Assembly: GCA_963839645.1 (NCBI GenBank)
Contig: CAWIVZ010000009.1
Location: 23,536 to 87,535 of the forward strand
Length of the DNA: 64,000 nt
Direction of reading: 5' to 3'
Source of the DNA: an uncultured Alphaproteobacteria bacterium
GTDB lineage: Bacteria > Pseudomonadota > Alphaproteobacteria > Acetobacterales > Acetobacteraceae
Positions within the stretch are counted from its first letter, which is position 1. Every line of letters starts with the position of its first letter. The notes under the pieces were generated by a model. The model was given only the letters and a program-made list of their open reading frames with translations, was not told where the DNA came from and made no database searches. The translations under genes and the position numbers were made by a program. This document shows positions 1 through 9,484 of this stretch, piece after piece.

Positions 1-156
1 AAGGCGCTGGTGCGCTCGAAGCTGTGGGACCCGGCGGCGCATGCCGACCCGGCCCTGCCCAGCACCGGCGTGATCATGAAGGCATTGCAGGAGGATTTCG
101 ACGCCGAGTCCTATGACCGGGAGTATCCGCAGCGGCTGCGGGAGACGATCTACTAG
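1..156 (+). CDS. PNPOx-like FMN-binding protein, C-terminal fragment (5' end lies outside the window)
   Basis: Frame 1 is open from base 1 to TAG at 154-156. The tail KALVRSKLWDPAAHADPALPSTGVIMKALQEDFDAESYDREYPQRLRETIY resembles C-termini of pyridoxamine 5'-phosphate oxidase-related proteins. It is under 60 aa, so it is absent from the ORF track. Confidence 0.5.
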   Translation, partial: KALVRSKLWDPAAHADPALPSTGVIMKALQEDFDAESYDREYPQRLRETIY

Positions 157-163
157 GGGCGGG

Positions 164-943
164 CTAAAGCCCGCTGACCAGATGCCCGCCGTCGATCGCG
201 AGGATGCTGCCGGTCATGTAGGAACTGGCGTCCGACGCCAATAGCAGCAGCGCGCCGTCGAGTTCGCGGGCCTCGCCGAGGCGGCGCTGGGGGATGCGGC
301 GGATGAGGGCGCGGCCGGCGTCGGAGGCGAAGAAATCCTGGTTGAGGTCGGTCTCGATATAGCCGGGGGCGATGGCGTTCACGCGGATCTTGTGGCGGGC
401 CCATTCCAGAGCCAGCGCCTTGGTCATCTGCACCAGGCCGGCCTTGGAGACGGCGTAGGGCATGACGCCGCCGGCGACGCGCAGGCCGAGGATGGAGGCG
501 ATGTTGATGATGCTGCCGCCCCCGCTGCCCTGTGTGCCGTGCTGGATCATGCGGCGGGCGGCGTGCTGGGCGACGTGCCAGCTGCCGGTCAGGTTGGTGT
601 CGATGATGCTGGACCAGTCGGCCTCGGTCAGGTCCACGGCGGCGCGGGTGTTGGTGACGCCGGCGTTGTTGACGAGGATGTGGATCGGGCCGAACTCGGT
701 CTCGGCCTCGGTCAGCGCCAGTTCGATACTGGCGGTGTCGGTGACGTCCATGCGCAGGCCTTGGGCCTGAGCTCCGGTGGCGCGGATGGTCGCCACGGTG
801 GCGGCCAGGGCGTCCTGGCGGCGGGCGGCGACGGAGACCTTGGCGCCAGCGGCAGCGAGTGTTTGGGCAAAATGCCGGCCGAGGCCGCTGGAAGCGCCGG
901 TTACCAGGGCGTGCTTGCCGGTTAGGCTGAATGGATTGGTCAT
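164..943 (-). CDS. SDR family oxidoreductase
   Basis: ORF 164..967. Cofactor motif LVTGASSGLG, NNAG, and catalytic YAVSK are present. The ATG at 943 has GAGGGG about 7 nt upstream, so it is preferred over GTG 967. Confidence 0.85.
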   Translation of the reverse strand: MTNPFSLTGKHALVTGASSGLGRHFAQTLAAAGAKVSVAARRQDALAATVATIRATGAQAQGLRMDVTDTASIELALTEAETEFGPIHILVNNAGVTNTRAAVDLTEADWSSIIDTNLTGSWHVAQHAARRMIQHGTQGSGGGSIINIASILGLRVAGGVMPYAVSKAGLVQMTKALALEWARHKIRVNAIAPGYIETDLNQDFFASDAGRALIRRIPQRRLGEARELDGALLLLASDASSYMTGSILAIDGGHLVSGL

Positions 944-1015
944 GGACATTCCCCTCGCCGGCCGCACTCACGTTGGCCGTTGATGCTACAGTGTCGCCGA
1001 TTGAAGGAGCCGAAG

Positions 1016-2899
1016 ATGCCGAATTCCCAGCGCCTTGCCAAATCACCCCCTCTTTTAAAGTCAATCGCCACCGTGTCGCTGAGCGGTACCCTGCCGGAGA
1101 AGCTGGAGGCGGCGGCTTCGGTCGGGTTCGACGCGGTGGAGATTTTCGAGAACGATCTGCTGACCTTCGACGGTTCGCCGGAGGAGGTGCGGCGGATCGC
1201 TGCGAATTTGGGGCTGGAGATCGCGGTGTTTCAGCCGTTCCGCGATTTCGAGGCGATGCCGGAGCCGCAGCGGGCGCGCAATCTGGATCGCGCCGAGCGG
1301 AAGTTCGACGTGATGCAGGCGCTGGGCACCGATCTGCTGCTGGTGTGCAGCAACACCCAGGCGGCGGCGATCGACGATGACGCGCGGGCCGCGGCCGACC
1401 TGGCGGAGATGGCGGAGCGGGCGCGGCTGCGCGGGCTGCGGGTGGGATACGAGGCGCTGGCCTGGGGGCGGCATGTCAATCGCTGGGGGCATGCCTGGCG
1501 GATCGTGCAGATGGCGGGGCATCCGGCGCTGGGGCTGATCATCGACAGCTTTCATACCCTGGCGGTGGGCGATGATCCCGCCGGGATCGCCTTGGTGCCG
1601 GCCGAGAAGCTGTTTTTCGTGCAACTGGCCGATGCGCCGAAGCTGTCGATGGATGTGCTGTCCTGGAGCCGGCATTTCCGCAATTTTCCCGGCCAGGGCG
1701 GGTTGGACGTGACGGGCTTCCTGCGCTCGGCGCTGGCGGGCGGGTATCGCGGGCCGTTGAGCCTGGAGATCTTCAACGACGAGTTCCGCTCGACACCGGC
1801 GCGGCTGACGGCGCGCGATGGGCTGCGGTCGTTGATACTGGCCGAGGCGGAAGCGGCCGGACCGGCGCTGCCGGAGCCGCCGGTGTATGACGGGTTCGAG
1901 TTCCTGGAATTCGCCGTGGACGAGGCGAGCGGGGTGGAACTGGCGATCTTCCTGGTGGGGATGGGGTTTCACCTGGCGGGAACTCACCGGTCCAAGGCGG
2001 TGACGCTGTACCGGCAGGGGAACGTCAATCTGGTGTTGAACGCCGAACAGGACAGCGCGGCGGCCGAGCATTTCCACACGCATGGGCCGTCGGTCTGCGC
2101 GATGGCCATTCGGGTGGATGCGGCGGAGCGCGCGGTGGCGCGGGCGCGGGCGCTGCTGTGCCCGATCTGGCAGGAGACGATCGGCGCCGGAGAGCGGCGC
2201 ATCCCCGCGGTGCGGGCGCCGGACGGGACATTGGTGTATCTGGTGGAGCCGGGTGGGCGCAGCATCTGGGAGGACGATTTTGAGCTGGTGCCGGCGCCGG
2301 ACGACGATAGCGGGCTGAGCGTGATCGATCACGTGGCGCAGGCGCTGCCGCCGGGTCGGATGGATAGTTTCGTTCTGTTCTATCGCGCCGTGTTCGGACT
2401 GGAGCCGGAGCAGCTGTGGGAGCTGCCGGACCCGTACGGCCTGATCCGCAGCCGGGCGATGACCAGCGCGGACGGCACGCTGCGGCTGCCGTTGAACATC
2501 TCCGAAAGCCGGGAGACGGCGACCGGGCGGTTCGTCTCCGCGTTCGCCGGCGCCGGGGTGCATCACGCGGCGTTCGCCACCGACGATATTTTCCGGACGT
2601 TGCGGCGGCTGGCGGCGGCGGGGGCGCGGATGCTGCCGATCCCGGCGAACTACTATGACGACCTGCAGGCCAAATGGGATCTGGACGATGCCATGCTGGA
2701 CGGGCTGCGGCAGCTGAACGTGCTGTACGACCGCGACGAGAACGGCGATTTCCTGCACGCCTATACCGGCACGTTCGAGGACCGGTTCTTCTTCGAGATC
2801 GTGCAGCGGCGCGGCTACAAGGGGTTCGGCGCGGTGAACGCCGGGGTACGGATGGCGGCGCAGGCTGGGCGGCGCGGGATTTCCACCCTGATGCTATAG
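1016..2899 (+). CDS. bifunctional sugar phosphate isomerase/epimerase (3-dehydroshikimate dehydratase-like) / 4-hydroxyphenylpyruvate dioxygenase family protein
   Basis: ORF 980..2899. The N-terminal xylose-isomerase-like TIM barrel (SIATVSLSG...VGFDAVEIFENDL) is fused to a C-terminal VOC/HPPD-like half, which is the QuiC/QsuB-type architecture. GAAGGAG lies upstream of ATG 1016. Confidence 0.8.
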   Translation: MPNSQRLAKSPPLLKSIATVSLSGTLPEKLEAAASVGFDAVEIFENDLLTFDGSPEEVRRIAANLGLEIAVFQPFRDFEAMPEPQRARNLDRAERKFDVMQALGTDLLLVCSNTQAAAIDDDARAAADLAEMAERARLRGLRVGYEALAWGRHVNRWGHAWRIVQMAGHPALGLIIDSFHTLAVGDDPAGIALVPAEKLFFVQLADAPKLSMDVLSWSRHFRNFPGQGGLDVTGFLRSALAGGYRGPLSLEIFNDEFRSTPARLTARDGLRSLILAEAEAAGPALPEPPVYDGFEFLEFAVDEASGVELAIFLVGMGFHLAGTHRSKAVTLYRQGNVNLVLNAEQDSAAAEHFHTHGPSVCAMAIRVDAAERAVARARALLCPIWQETIGAGERRIPAVRAPDGTLVYLVEPGGRSIWEDDFELVPAPDDDSGLSVIDHVAQALPPGRMDSFVLFYRAVFGLEPEQLWELPDPYGLIRSRAMTSADGTLRLPLNISESRETATGRFVSAFAGAGVHHAAFATDDIFRTLRRLAAAGARMLPIPANYYDDLQAKWDLDDAMLDGLRQLNVLYDRDENGDFLHAYTGTFEDRFFFEIVQRRGYKGFGAVNAGVRMAAQAGRRGISTLML

Positions 2900-2943
2900 G
2901 CAGGGCTGGCTGATTTCCGATCGCGAATCCCAGGAGCAACCGT

Positions 2944-4128
2944 TTGGACCGATTGGCACGCGTGAACGATTGGCTGGTGCGCGAAGGGCGGTTCACCGGG
3001 GGAAATGCCGAATTGCTGCAGCGGTTCTGCGAGCAGCTCACGGCACTGGGCGTGAAACTGTCGCGCTGCTATCTGTACATCCGCACGCTGCATCCGAATT
3101 TCGCCGGCATGATGCGCATATGGCTGCCGCAGGAGGGGGTGATGAGCCGGCCGCTGCCATACGGATTTGAGACCAGCCCGGTCTACCTCAACAGCCCGGT
3201 GCGGCATGCGATCGAAAATTCCGGTTTTCACAATTGGCGTATGGACCCGGGAGTGCCGGCGGAGTTTCCGACGCTGGAGGACCTGCGCGCGGAAGGCCAT
3301 GCCGGCTATGCCATCACCCGGCTGATCTTCTCCGACGGGGAGATGAACGTGATCTCCTGGGCCACGCGTGAGCCGGGCGGCTTTGCTCCCAGTGACCTGG
3401 CGCTGTTGGAGGCGCTGATGCCGGCGCTGTCCGCCATCGTGGAGATCAACAGCCTGCGCCGTTTCGCTGGCAATTTGCTGACGACCTATGTCGGGCGCGA
3501 GCCGGGGGAGCTTATCCGCAACGGGCAGGTTCGCCGCGGCGATGTGCGCACCGCCACCGCCGCGCTGATGCTGGTGGATTTGCGAGGGTTCTCCGAGTTG
3601 TCCGACACGCACACCCCCGACCTGGTGATCGAGATGCTCAACCGGTATTTCGACTGCGTCATACCGCCGGTCCTGGATCGGGGCGGTGAGGTGATGGAGA
3701 TCATGGGCGACGGCATCCTGGCGATCTTCAACGAAAACGGCAGGCGCAGTTCCCGGGAGGTCTGCCGCCTGGCCTTCGACGCCGCCCGGGAAGGCCTGGC
3801 GGCGCTGGAGCAATCCAATTCCACGCAGACGGCAAGCCTGGGGGAAGATGCCATCCAGTTGCATGCCGGCATTGCGCTGCATCATGGGCAGGCCTCCTAT
3901 GGCAATATAGGCGCCGGCGACCGGCTGGATTTCACGGTGATCGGGCCGGACGTCAATCTGACCAGCCGGATCGAACGGATCTGCCGCGAGATCGGCCGGG
4001 ATCTGATCATGTCCGCCGGTTTCGTGGCATGGCTGGACGTGCCCTGCTTCGAGATCGGCCACTTCGATTTGCGTGGATTCGCACGGAAACAGTTGCTTTT
4101 CGGGCTTCCGGACGACCCAGAGGGATAG
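2944..4128 (+). CDS. adenylate/guanylate cyclase domain-containing protein (class III) with an about 190 aa N-terminal sensor-like region
   Basis: ORF 2944..4128 with a TTG start and AGGAG upstream. The C-terminal CYTH-less class III cyclase core is present (LMLVDLRGFSELS...EIMGDGILAIF...GNIGAGDRLDFTVIGPDVNLTSRIE). Confidence 0.85.
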   Translation: MDRLARVNDWLVREGRFTGGNAELLQRFCEQLTALGVKLSRCYLYIRTLHPNFAGMMRIWLPQEGVMSRPLPYGFETSPVYLNSPVRHAIENSGFHNWRMDPGVPAEFPTLEDLRAEGHAGYAITRLIFSDGEMNVISWATREPGGFAPSDLALLEALMPALSAIVEINSLRRFAGNLLTTYVGREPGELIRNGQVRRGDVRTATAALMLVDLRGFSELSDTHTPDLVIEMLNRYFDCVIPPVLDRGGEVMEIMGDGILAIFNENGRRSSREVCRLAFDAAREGLAALEQSNSTQTASLGEDAIQLHAGIALHHGQASYGNIGAGDRLDFTVIGPDVNLTSRIERICREIGRDLIMSAGFVAWLDVPCFEIGHFDLRGFARKQLLFGLPDDPEG

Positions 4129-4185
4129 CGGCTGAAGCAGGATTTGCGGTTTGGCGCAGGCTTCGCTATAGGGAGCGCCCGCTGT

Positions 4186-4261
4186 TCCCGGATAGCTCAG
4201 TTGGTAGAGCAAGCGACTGTTAATCGCTCGGTCGTAGGTTCGAGTCCTACTCCGGGAGCCA
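4186..4261 (+). tRNA. tRNA-Asn (anticodon GTT)
   Basis: Hand-folded cloverleaf. Acceptor TCCCGGA/TCCGGGA, D arm GCTC-AGTTGGTA-GAGC, anticodon stem AGCGA/TCGCT with loop CTGTTAA, T arm GTAGG-TTCGAGT-CCTAC, discriminator G, and an encoded CCA. Confidence 0.95.
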
Positions 4262-5795
4262 GCGGATTTTCCCCCTCCCCCAATTGCATCCCGCGTTGCC
4301 GGATCGGGCGTTCCTCGGCGCGGAGCCGCCGGTCGCCGGCTGTCAGCACCGCCTGGACCAGCGCGTCCACGTCCCGCTTGCCGGTGCGGTGGTTTACGAA
4401 GGCGGCGCGCAGGACGAGGCGGCCATTCAGCATGGTTGTGGACAGTACCGCCTCCCCGGCTTCCTGCAGGTCGGCGGCGATGGCTGCCTGCATCGCGTCG
4501 TCGCCGGGGCGGTAGCGGAAGCAGACGATGTTCAGCGGCACCCGCGCGGCGAGTTCCAGTTCTGCGGTGGCAGCGATCGCAGCCTCCAGTCGCCGGGCCA
4601 GGGCGCAGCTGTTTTCCGCCACCCGGCCGAGACGGTCCGCGCCATAGAATTTCAGCGTCATCCAGACCTTCAGCGCGCGGAAGCCGCGCGACAGCTCCGG
4701 GCCGAGATCGACCGGCCATGGCTCGCCGGCCGCGAGACCGCGGGCGTCGCGCCGGAGATAGTCGGCCGGACGGGCGAAGGCGGCGCGATGGGCGGCGGCG
4801 TCGCGCACCACGATGCAGCCGGCGTCATACGGAACCTGCGCCCATTTGTGGAAATCGAAGGCGACGGAGTCCGCCCGCTCCATGCCATTGAACAACGGCC
4901 GCAGCGCCGGCGACAGCATCGCCACCGCGCCGAAAGCGGCATCGACATGGAACCACAGCCCCTGCGCGGCGCAGATCGCGGCGATCGCGGCGAGGTCGTC
5001 GATCGCGCCGGTGTCCACGCCGCCCGCGGTGCCCACCACGAGGAACGGCACCCTGCCCGCTTGCCGGTCCGCCTGGATTTGCGTCCGCAGCGCCGCGATA
5101 TCCATCCGGCCCGCTTCGTCGCAAGGCACCAGGCGCAGGGCATCGGCGCCCAGGCCGGCCGTGTCGAGCGCGCGGCCGACGCATAGATGCACCGCCGCCG
5201 AGGCATAGGCCGTGAGGCCGGCGCCATCGACGCCGGTTTGCCGGCTGGCCGCACCGAGCGCCGCGGCGCGCGCGACCAGCACCGCAACCAGGTTGGCCAT
5301 GGACGTGCCGGTGACCACCAGGCCGGAGGCGTCCGGCGGCAGGCCCAGCATTTCCGCCGCCCAGCGGACCACCTGCCGCTCGCAGGCGATCGGCGCGTGG
5401 TCGCGTCCGCCGCAATTCGCGTTCAGCCCGGCGGCCAGCATTTCCGCCAGCATGCCGATGGCGGTGCCACCGCCATGCACCCAGCCGAGGAAACGCGGAT
5501 GCCGGTTGCCCACCGCATAGGGAGCGATCCGGTGCCGGTAGTCCGCATAGAGTTCCTGCGCGCTGGATGCGGCGTGCGGCAACGCCTCGTTCCAGCTTGC
5601 CCGGACCGAAGGCGGCATGGGCCGCCAGACCGGACCGTCGTTGACGGCGGCGAGATCGTCGAACACATCGTCGAGCATGCGGTGGCCGAGGGCGCGCAGT
5701 TCCGACCAGTCCGCCGGATCAAGCGTCAAGGCTTCTGGCTCGGCATCGGTGGGGTGCTTTCGTTTTATCTGTTCACGCGGCTTGATTTGGGTCAT
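4197..5795 (-). CDS. pyridoxal phosphate-dependent decarboxylase family protein (aromatic-amino-acid / group II decarboxylase type)
   Basis: ORF 4197..5957. A start at ATG 5795 (MTQIKPRE) is assumed. The PLP-lysine motif DFHKW and the typical group II fold are present along the whole length. The last about 22 codons run antisense through tRNA-Asn. Confidence 0.8.
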   Translation of the reverse strand: MTQIKPREQIKRKHPTDAEPEALTLDPADWSELRALGHRMLDDVFDDLAAVNDGPVWRPMPPSVRASWNEALPHAASSAQELYADYRHRIAPYAVGNRHPRFLGWVHGGGTAIGMLAEMLAAGLNANCGGRDHAPIACERQVVRWAAEMLGLPPDASGLVVTGTSMANLVAVLVARAAALGAASRQTGVDGAGLTAYASAAVHLCVGRALDTAGLGADALRLVPCDEAGRMDIAALRTQIQADRQAGRVPFLVVGTAGGVDTGAIDDLAAIAAICAAQGLWFHVDAAFGAVAMLSPALRPLFNGMERADSVAFDFHKWAQVPYDAGCIVVRDAAAHRAAFARPADYLRRDARGLAAGEPWPVDLGPELSRGFRALKVWMTLKFYGADRLGRVAENSCALARRLEAAIAATAELELAARVPLNIVCFRYRPGDDAMQAAIAADLQEAGEAVLSTTMLNGRLVLRAAFVNHRTGKRDVDALVQAVLTAGDRRLRAEERPIRQRGMQLGEGENPLAPGVGLEPTTERLTVACSTN

Positions 5796-5812
5796 GGATT
5801 GATCTGGATCAT
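5782..5812. promoter_or_regulatory. tandem FNR/FixK-like boxes: TTGATTTGGGTCAT (5782-5795, degenerate) and TTGATCTGGATCAT (5799-5812, exact repeat family)
   Basis: These match the TTGAT-N4-ATCAA architecture. The second box is identical to 13411-13424 and to the reverse complement of 14843-14856. They lie in the divergent region between the decarboxylase and the monooxygenase. Confidence 0.5.
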
Positions 5813-5940
5813 GGCCGAGCCCAGGCGGGGCTTCGCATGATTTTCGCGACGGGGTAGGAAGGGCTGATCCGCCCCAATGATCCGTGCCAAGAAGACCGCG
5901 AAACCGAGCAATCCGCGCAACCGAGAGAAGAACCGAACCG

Positions 5941-7444
5941 ATGAACGCGATGGACAAGCCTGCCCAGATGGTGCCGCAGACGACCGAGCATTTCGATGTG
6001 CTGATCGTCGGGGCGGGAATTTCCGGCGTGGGAGGGGCGTATCACCTGACCCAGCAATGCAAGGGGACGAGCTTTGTCGTGCTCGAGTCCCAGGGCAGCT
6101 TCGGCGGCACCTGGCTGACGCACAAGTATCCGGGGATACGATCCGACAGCGACCTGTATACCTTCGGCTATCGCTTCAAGCCCTGGACCGGGGCGCCGAT
6201 CGCGACGGCGGAGGAAATCCGCAAATACATGGGCGAGGTGATCGAGGAGAACGACCTCGGCCGGCATATCCGCTATGGGCACAAGATCACCGCCGCCCAA
6301 TGGTCGAGCGCGGACAAGCAATGGACGATCGACGCGGTGCGGACCGATACCGGCCTGCCGGTTCGTTTCACCGCCAACTTCCTTTGGATGTGCCAGGGGT
6401 ATTACCGCCATTCCGAGGGCTATACGCCGGAATGGCCGGGGATGAAGGACTTCAAGGGCCGGATCGTGCATCCGCAGACCTGGCCGGAGGATCTGGACTA
6501 CAAGGGCAAGAAGGTCATCGTGATCGGGTCCGGCGCCACGGCGGCGACGGTTATTCCGGCGATGGCGCCTGATTGCGAGCATATCACGCTGCTGCAACGC
6601 TCCCCGACGTTCTTCCGAACCGGGCGCAACGCGATCGAGCTGGCCGACCAGCTGCGCGAGCTTGCCATCGACGAGACCTGGATCCATGAGATCGTGCGCC
6701 GGAAGATCCTGTACGATCAGGCGATCTTCACCCGGCGGGCGTTCGAGGAGCCGGAGAAGGTGAAGGACGAGCTGCTGTCCGGCGTTCGGTCCTATCTGGG
6801 GCCGGATTACGACGTGGCGAAGGACTTCACGCCGGCCTACCGGCCGTGGCGCCAGCGCATCGCCTTCATCCCTGATGGCGACCTGTTCCAGGGGATCAGT
6901 TCCGGCAAGGCGTCGGTGGTTACCGATGAGATCGACCGCTTCACCGCCAAGGGCATCCTGCTGAAATCGGGCCAGGGAACTGGAGGCCGACATCATCCTC
7001 ACCGCCACCGGCTTTAACCTGAACGTTCTGGGCGACATCGATTTCGTCATCGACGGGGAGAAGTTGGTGTTCGCCGATACCGTGACCTATCGCGGCATGA
7101 TGTTCACCGGGGTGCCGAACCTGGCCTGGGTGTTCGGCTATTTCCGGGCGAGCTGGACGCTGCGGGCGGATCTGGTGGGCGATTTCGTCTGCCGGCTGCT
7201 CAATCACATGAAGGCGAAGGGCGTGCGGCAGGTGACGCCGAAGCTGCGGCCGGAGGATGGCAACATGCCGCTGCTGCCGTGGATCGATCCGGAGAACTTC
7301 AACCCGGGATACCTGATGCGCGGGATGCATTTGCTGCCGAAGCGGGGCGACAAGCCGGAATGGGCGCATACGCAGGATTACTGGGCCGAGAAGGACGAGT
7401 TGCCGGCGATCGACCTGGACGACAAGGCGTTCGTTTACGAGTGA
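5941..7444 (+). pseudogene. flavin-containing / Baeyer-Villiger-type monooxygenase (NAD(P)/FAD-dependent), frameshifted
   Basis: ORFs 5884..7017 and 7064..7444 are the two halves of one protein. GAGISG and GSGATA dinucleotide motifs are present. The sequence reads ...AKGILLKSGQ | ELEADIILTATGFNLNVLGDIDFVIDGEKLVFADTV only after dropping one G from the GGG run at 6975-6977. Confidence 0.85.
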
Positions 7445-7486
7445 GATGACGGCTCCGTTCGGTTGGGGCTGAAGGGGTGGTTTGCG

Positions 7487-7526
7487 AGGGGCGTTCCCAT
7501 GGGACATGGGGACGCCCCTTTTGTTT
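7487..7526 (+). terminator. rho-independent terminator after the monooxygenase gene
   Basis: Stem AGGGGCGTTCCC / GGGGACGCCCCT with one mismatch, followed by TTTTGTTT. Confidence 0.7.
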
Positions 7527-7597
7527 GGGGCGGACCATCCTGACGAGGCGGCGATGCGGGGGTAAGCTTGGTGTTCAAGGGTTAAGGGAACGTGACG

Positions 7598-8693
7598 ATG
7601 CCAAGGAAAACCGTGCTGATCGCCGGCGCCAGCGGGCTGGTGGGCTATGCGGCGATGAAGTTCTTCAGCCTGCAGGCGGATTGCGACGTGATCGCGGTTT
7701 CCCGCCGGGCGCCGGACGAGACGTTCGGCGCGAGGTTCGTTGTCGCTCGACTTGATGGACGAGGCCGCCTGCGCGGCGGCGGCGGCGCAGCTTTCCGGGG
7801 TGACGCATCTGGTCTACGCCGCGCTGTACGAGCGGCCGGGGCTGGTGGCTGGGTGGCGGGAGGAGGAGCAGATCCGGGTGAACGACCGGATGCTGCGCAA
7901 TCTGCTCGGACCATTGGAGAAGTCGGCGAAGGGGTTGCGGCACGTCTCCCTGCTGCAGGGGACCAAGGCGTATGGCGTGCATGTGCGCCCGCTGGCGGTA
8001 CCGGCACGGGAGAACCGCTCGGAAATGCACGAGCAGCCTAATTTCTATTGGAACCAGGAGCGCTATGTCCGCGAGTTGCAGGGCGGCAAGGACTGGGCCT
8101 GGTCGATCCTGCGGCCGGTGCTGATCGTCGGGTATTCGACAGGGAGCGCGATGAACGTGATCCCGGCGCTGGGGGTTTATGCGGCGCTGCGGCGGGAGGC
8201 GGGGCTTTCGGACCTGCCGTTTCCGGGCGGGGCGGCGCGGGTGGCGCAGGCGGTGGACGCGGATCTGCTGGCGCGCGCCATCGCCTGGTCGGGCGAGGCG
8301 AAGGCGGCGCGCAACGAGATCTTCAACGTGACCAACGGCGACGTGTTCGTCTGGCAGAATATCTGGCCGGCGATCGCGCGGGCCTTGGGGATGGCGGATG
8401 GCGGCGAGGTGCCGCTGTCGCTGGATGCGGAGATCCGGCCGCAGGAGGCGGCGTGGGAGCGGGTGCGCGCCCGGCATGGGCTGCGCTCGGGGAGCTTGCG
8501 GGAGTTCGTCGGGCTGTCGTTCGAGTATGCGGATTATACGATGGGATACGGGCGCGAGGTGGCCGGGCCGCCGGCGATCGTTTCAACGGTGAAGATCCTG
8601 CAGGCGGGGTTCTGCGAGGCGATGGATACCGAGGCGATGTTCGCCAAGTGGTTTCGGGTTTTTCAGGAACGGGGGTTGCTGCCGCGGGTTTGA
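7598..8693 (+). pseudogene. SDR family NAD-dependent epimerase/dehydratase-like oxidoreductase (PRISE-like), frameshifted
   Basis: ORFs 7592..8041 and 7740..8693. The N-terminus has VLIAGASGLVGYA. The sequence continues ...ETFGARFV | SLDLMDEAACAAAAAQLSGVTHLVYAAL after removal of one T at about 7740. Confidence 0.8.
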
Positions 8694-8709
8694 GGCATTC
8701 GCGGGGTTG

Positions 8710-8725
8710 TGTGAGCTGGCTCACA
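8710..8725. promoter_or_regulatory. perfect CRP-type palindrome TGTGA-GCTGGC-TCACA
   Basis: Read directly from the sequence. It sits 66-81 nt upstream of the ATG at 8791 and 17 nt after the stop of the preceding gene. Confidence 0.35.
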
Positions 8726-8790
8726 GATCAGACCCGGGGAAGTGAGTAGACAGCCGCCCGTGTTCATCTGTTGAGAAGGAGGAGATCACC

Positions 8791-9291
8791 ATGATCCATC
8801 ATGTTTCCATTCCGGCGCGACAGCCTCGGGCGGCAGCGGAGGCCTTGGCGGAGTTGATGGGGGGCAAGTGCTACCCGTTCCCCGGGCCGGTACCCGGCGC
8901 GTTCATGGCGGTGAGCGGCGACGCGCATGGCACGATGATCGAGGTTTATCCGGAAACCGCGGTATTCCGGCCCGGCGAGGGCACGGAAGAGGCGGTTGCC
9001 TCGACCGGGGCGCCGATCGGCGATCATGCGATCCATCTGCTGCTGTCGGTGCCGGTGGATGCGGCGGAAGTCGCTCGGATCGGAGCGCGCATGGGTTGGC
9101 GGACACAGCGTTGCGGACGCGGCCCGAAGGCGACCGGCGAAATATTGTTCGAGGTGATTGAGCTTTGGCTGGATAACCGGCTGATGATCGAGGTGGCCAC
9201 TCCGGACATGGTGCCGGCCTATACGGATCTGTTCCGGTTCGAGAAGCTGGACGCCTTTTTCGAGCGGATGGGGGCGATGGCCGGCGCCTGA
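8791..9291 (+). CDS. VOC/glyoxalase-like hypothetical protein
   Basis: ORF 8791..9291 with a strong RBS GAAGGAGGAG upstream. The N-terminal MIHHVSIPA...AFMAVSGDAHGTMIEVYP is typical of a small VOC fold. The functional call is weak. Confidence 0.5.
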   Translation: MIHHVSIPARQPRAAAEALAELMGGKCYPFPGPVPGAFMAVSGDAHGTMIEVYPETAVFRPGEGTEEAVASTGAPIGDHAIHLLLSVPVDAAEVARIGARMGWRTQRCGRGPKATGEILFEVIELWLDNRLMIEVATPDMVPAYTDLFRFEKLDAFFERMGAMAGA

Positions 9292-9311
9292 TCGAGGCGG
9301 GTTGGTCTGGC

Positions 9312-9349
9312 GCCCGGCCGGCGGTTTCGATCGCCGGCCGGGCCTTTTT
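9312..9349 (+). terminator. rho-independent terminator
   Basis: Perfect 12-bp stem GCCCGGCCGGCG / CGCCGGCCGGGC, an 8-nt loop, then CTTTTT. Confidence 0.8.
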
Positions 9350-9484
9350 CGCCGCCCAGCAGGCGGTGGGCGCCGCGATCATGCCGTGGCGACGATTGTC
9401 CCCACATCCGTGGCTATGAGGGTGGGGACGGGTGTGGGGATCGGATGGTCCGAATTCGGAACGGCTTCGCGCCGCCGGCCGGGG

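Noticed and set aside
4186-9300. tRNA-Asn as the anchor of a genomic island.
   Set aside because: There is no integrase, no recognisable direct repeat of the tRNA 3' end, no mobility genes, and no obvious GC shift downstream.
9398-9440. Hairpin GTCCCCAC-N16-GTGGGGAC plus GTGGGGA repeats downstream of gltX, as a terminator or REP element.
   Set aside because: The loop is long, there is no U tract on the gltX strand, and there are no other copies in the window.
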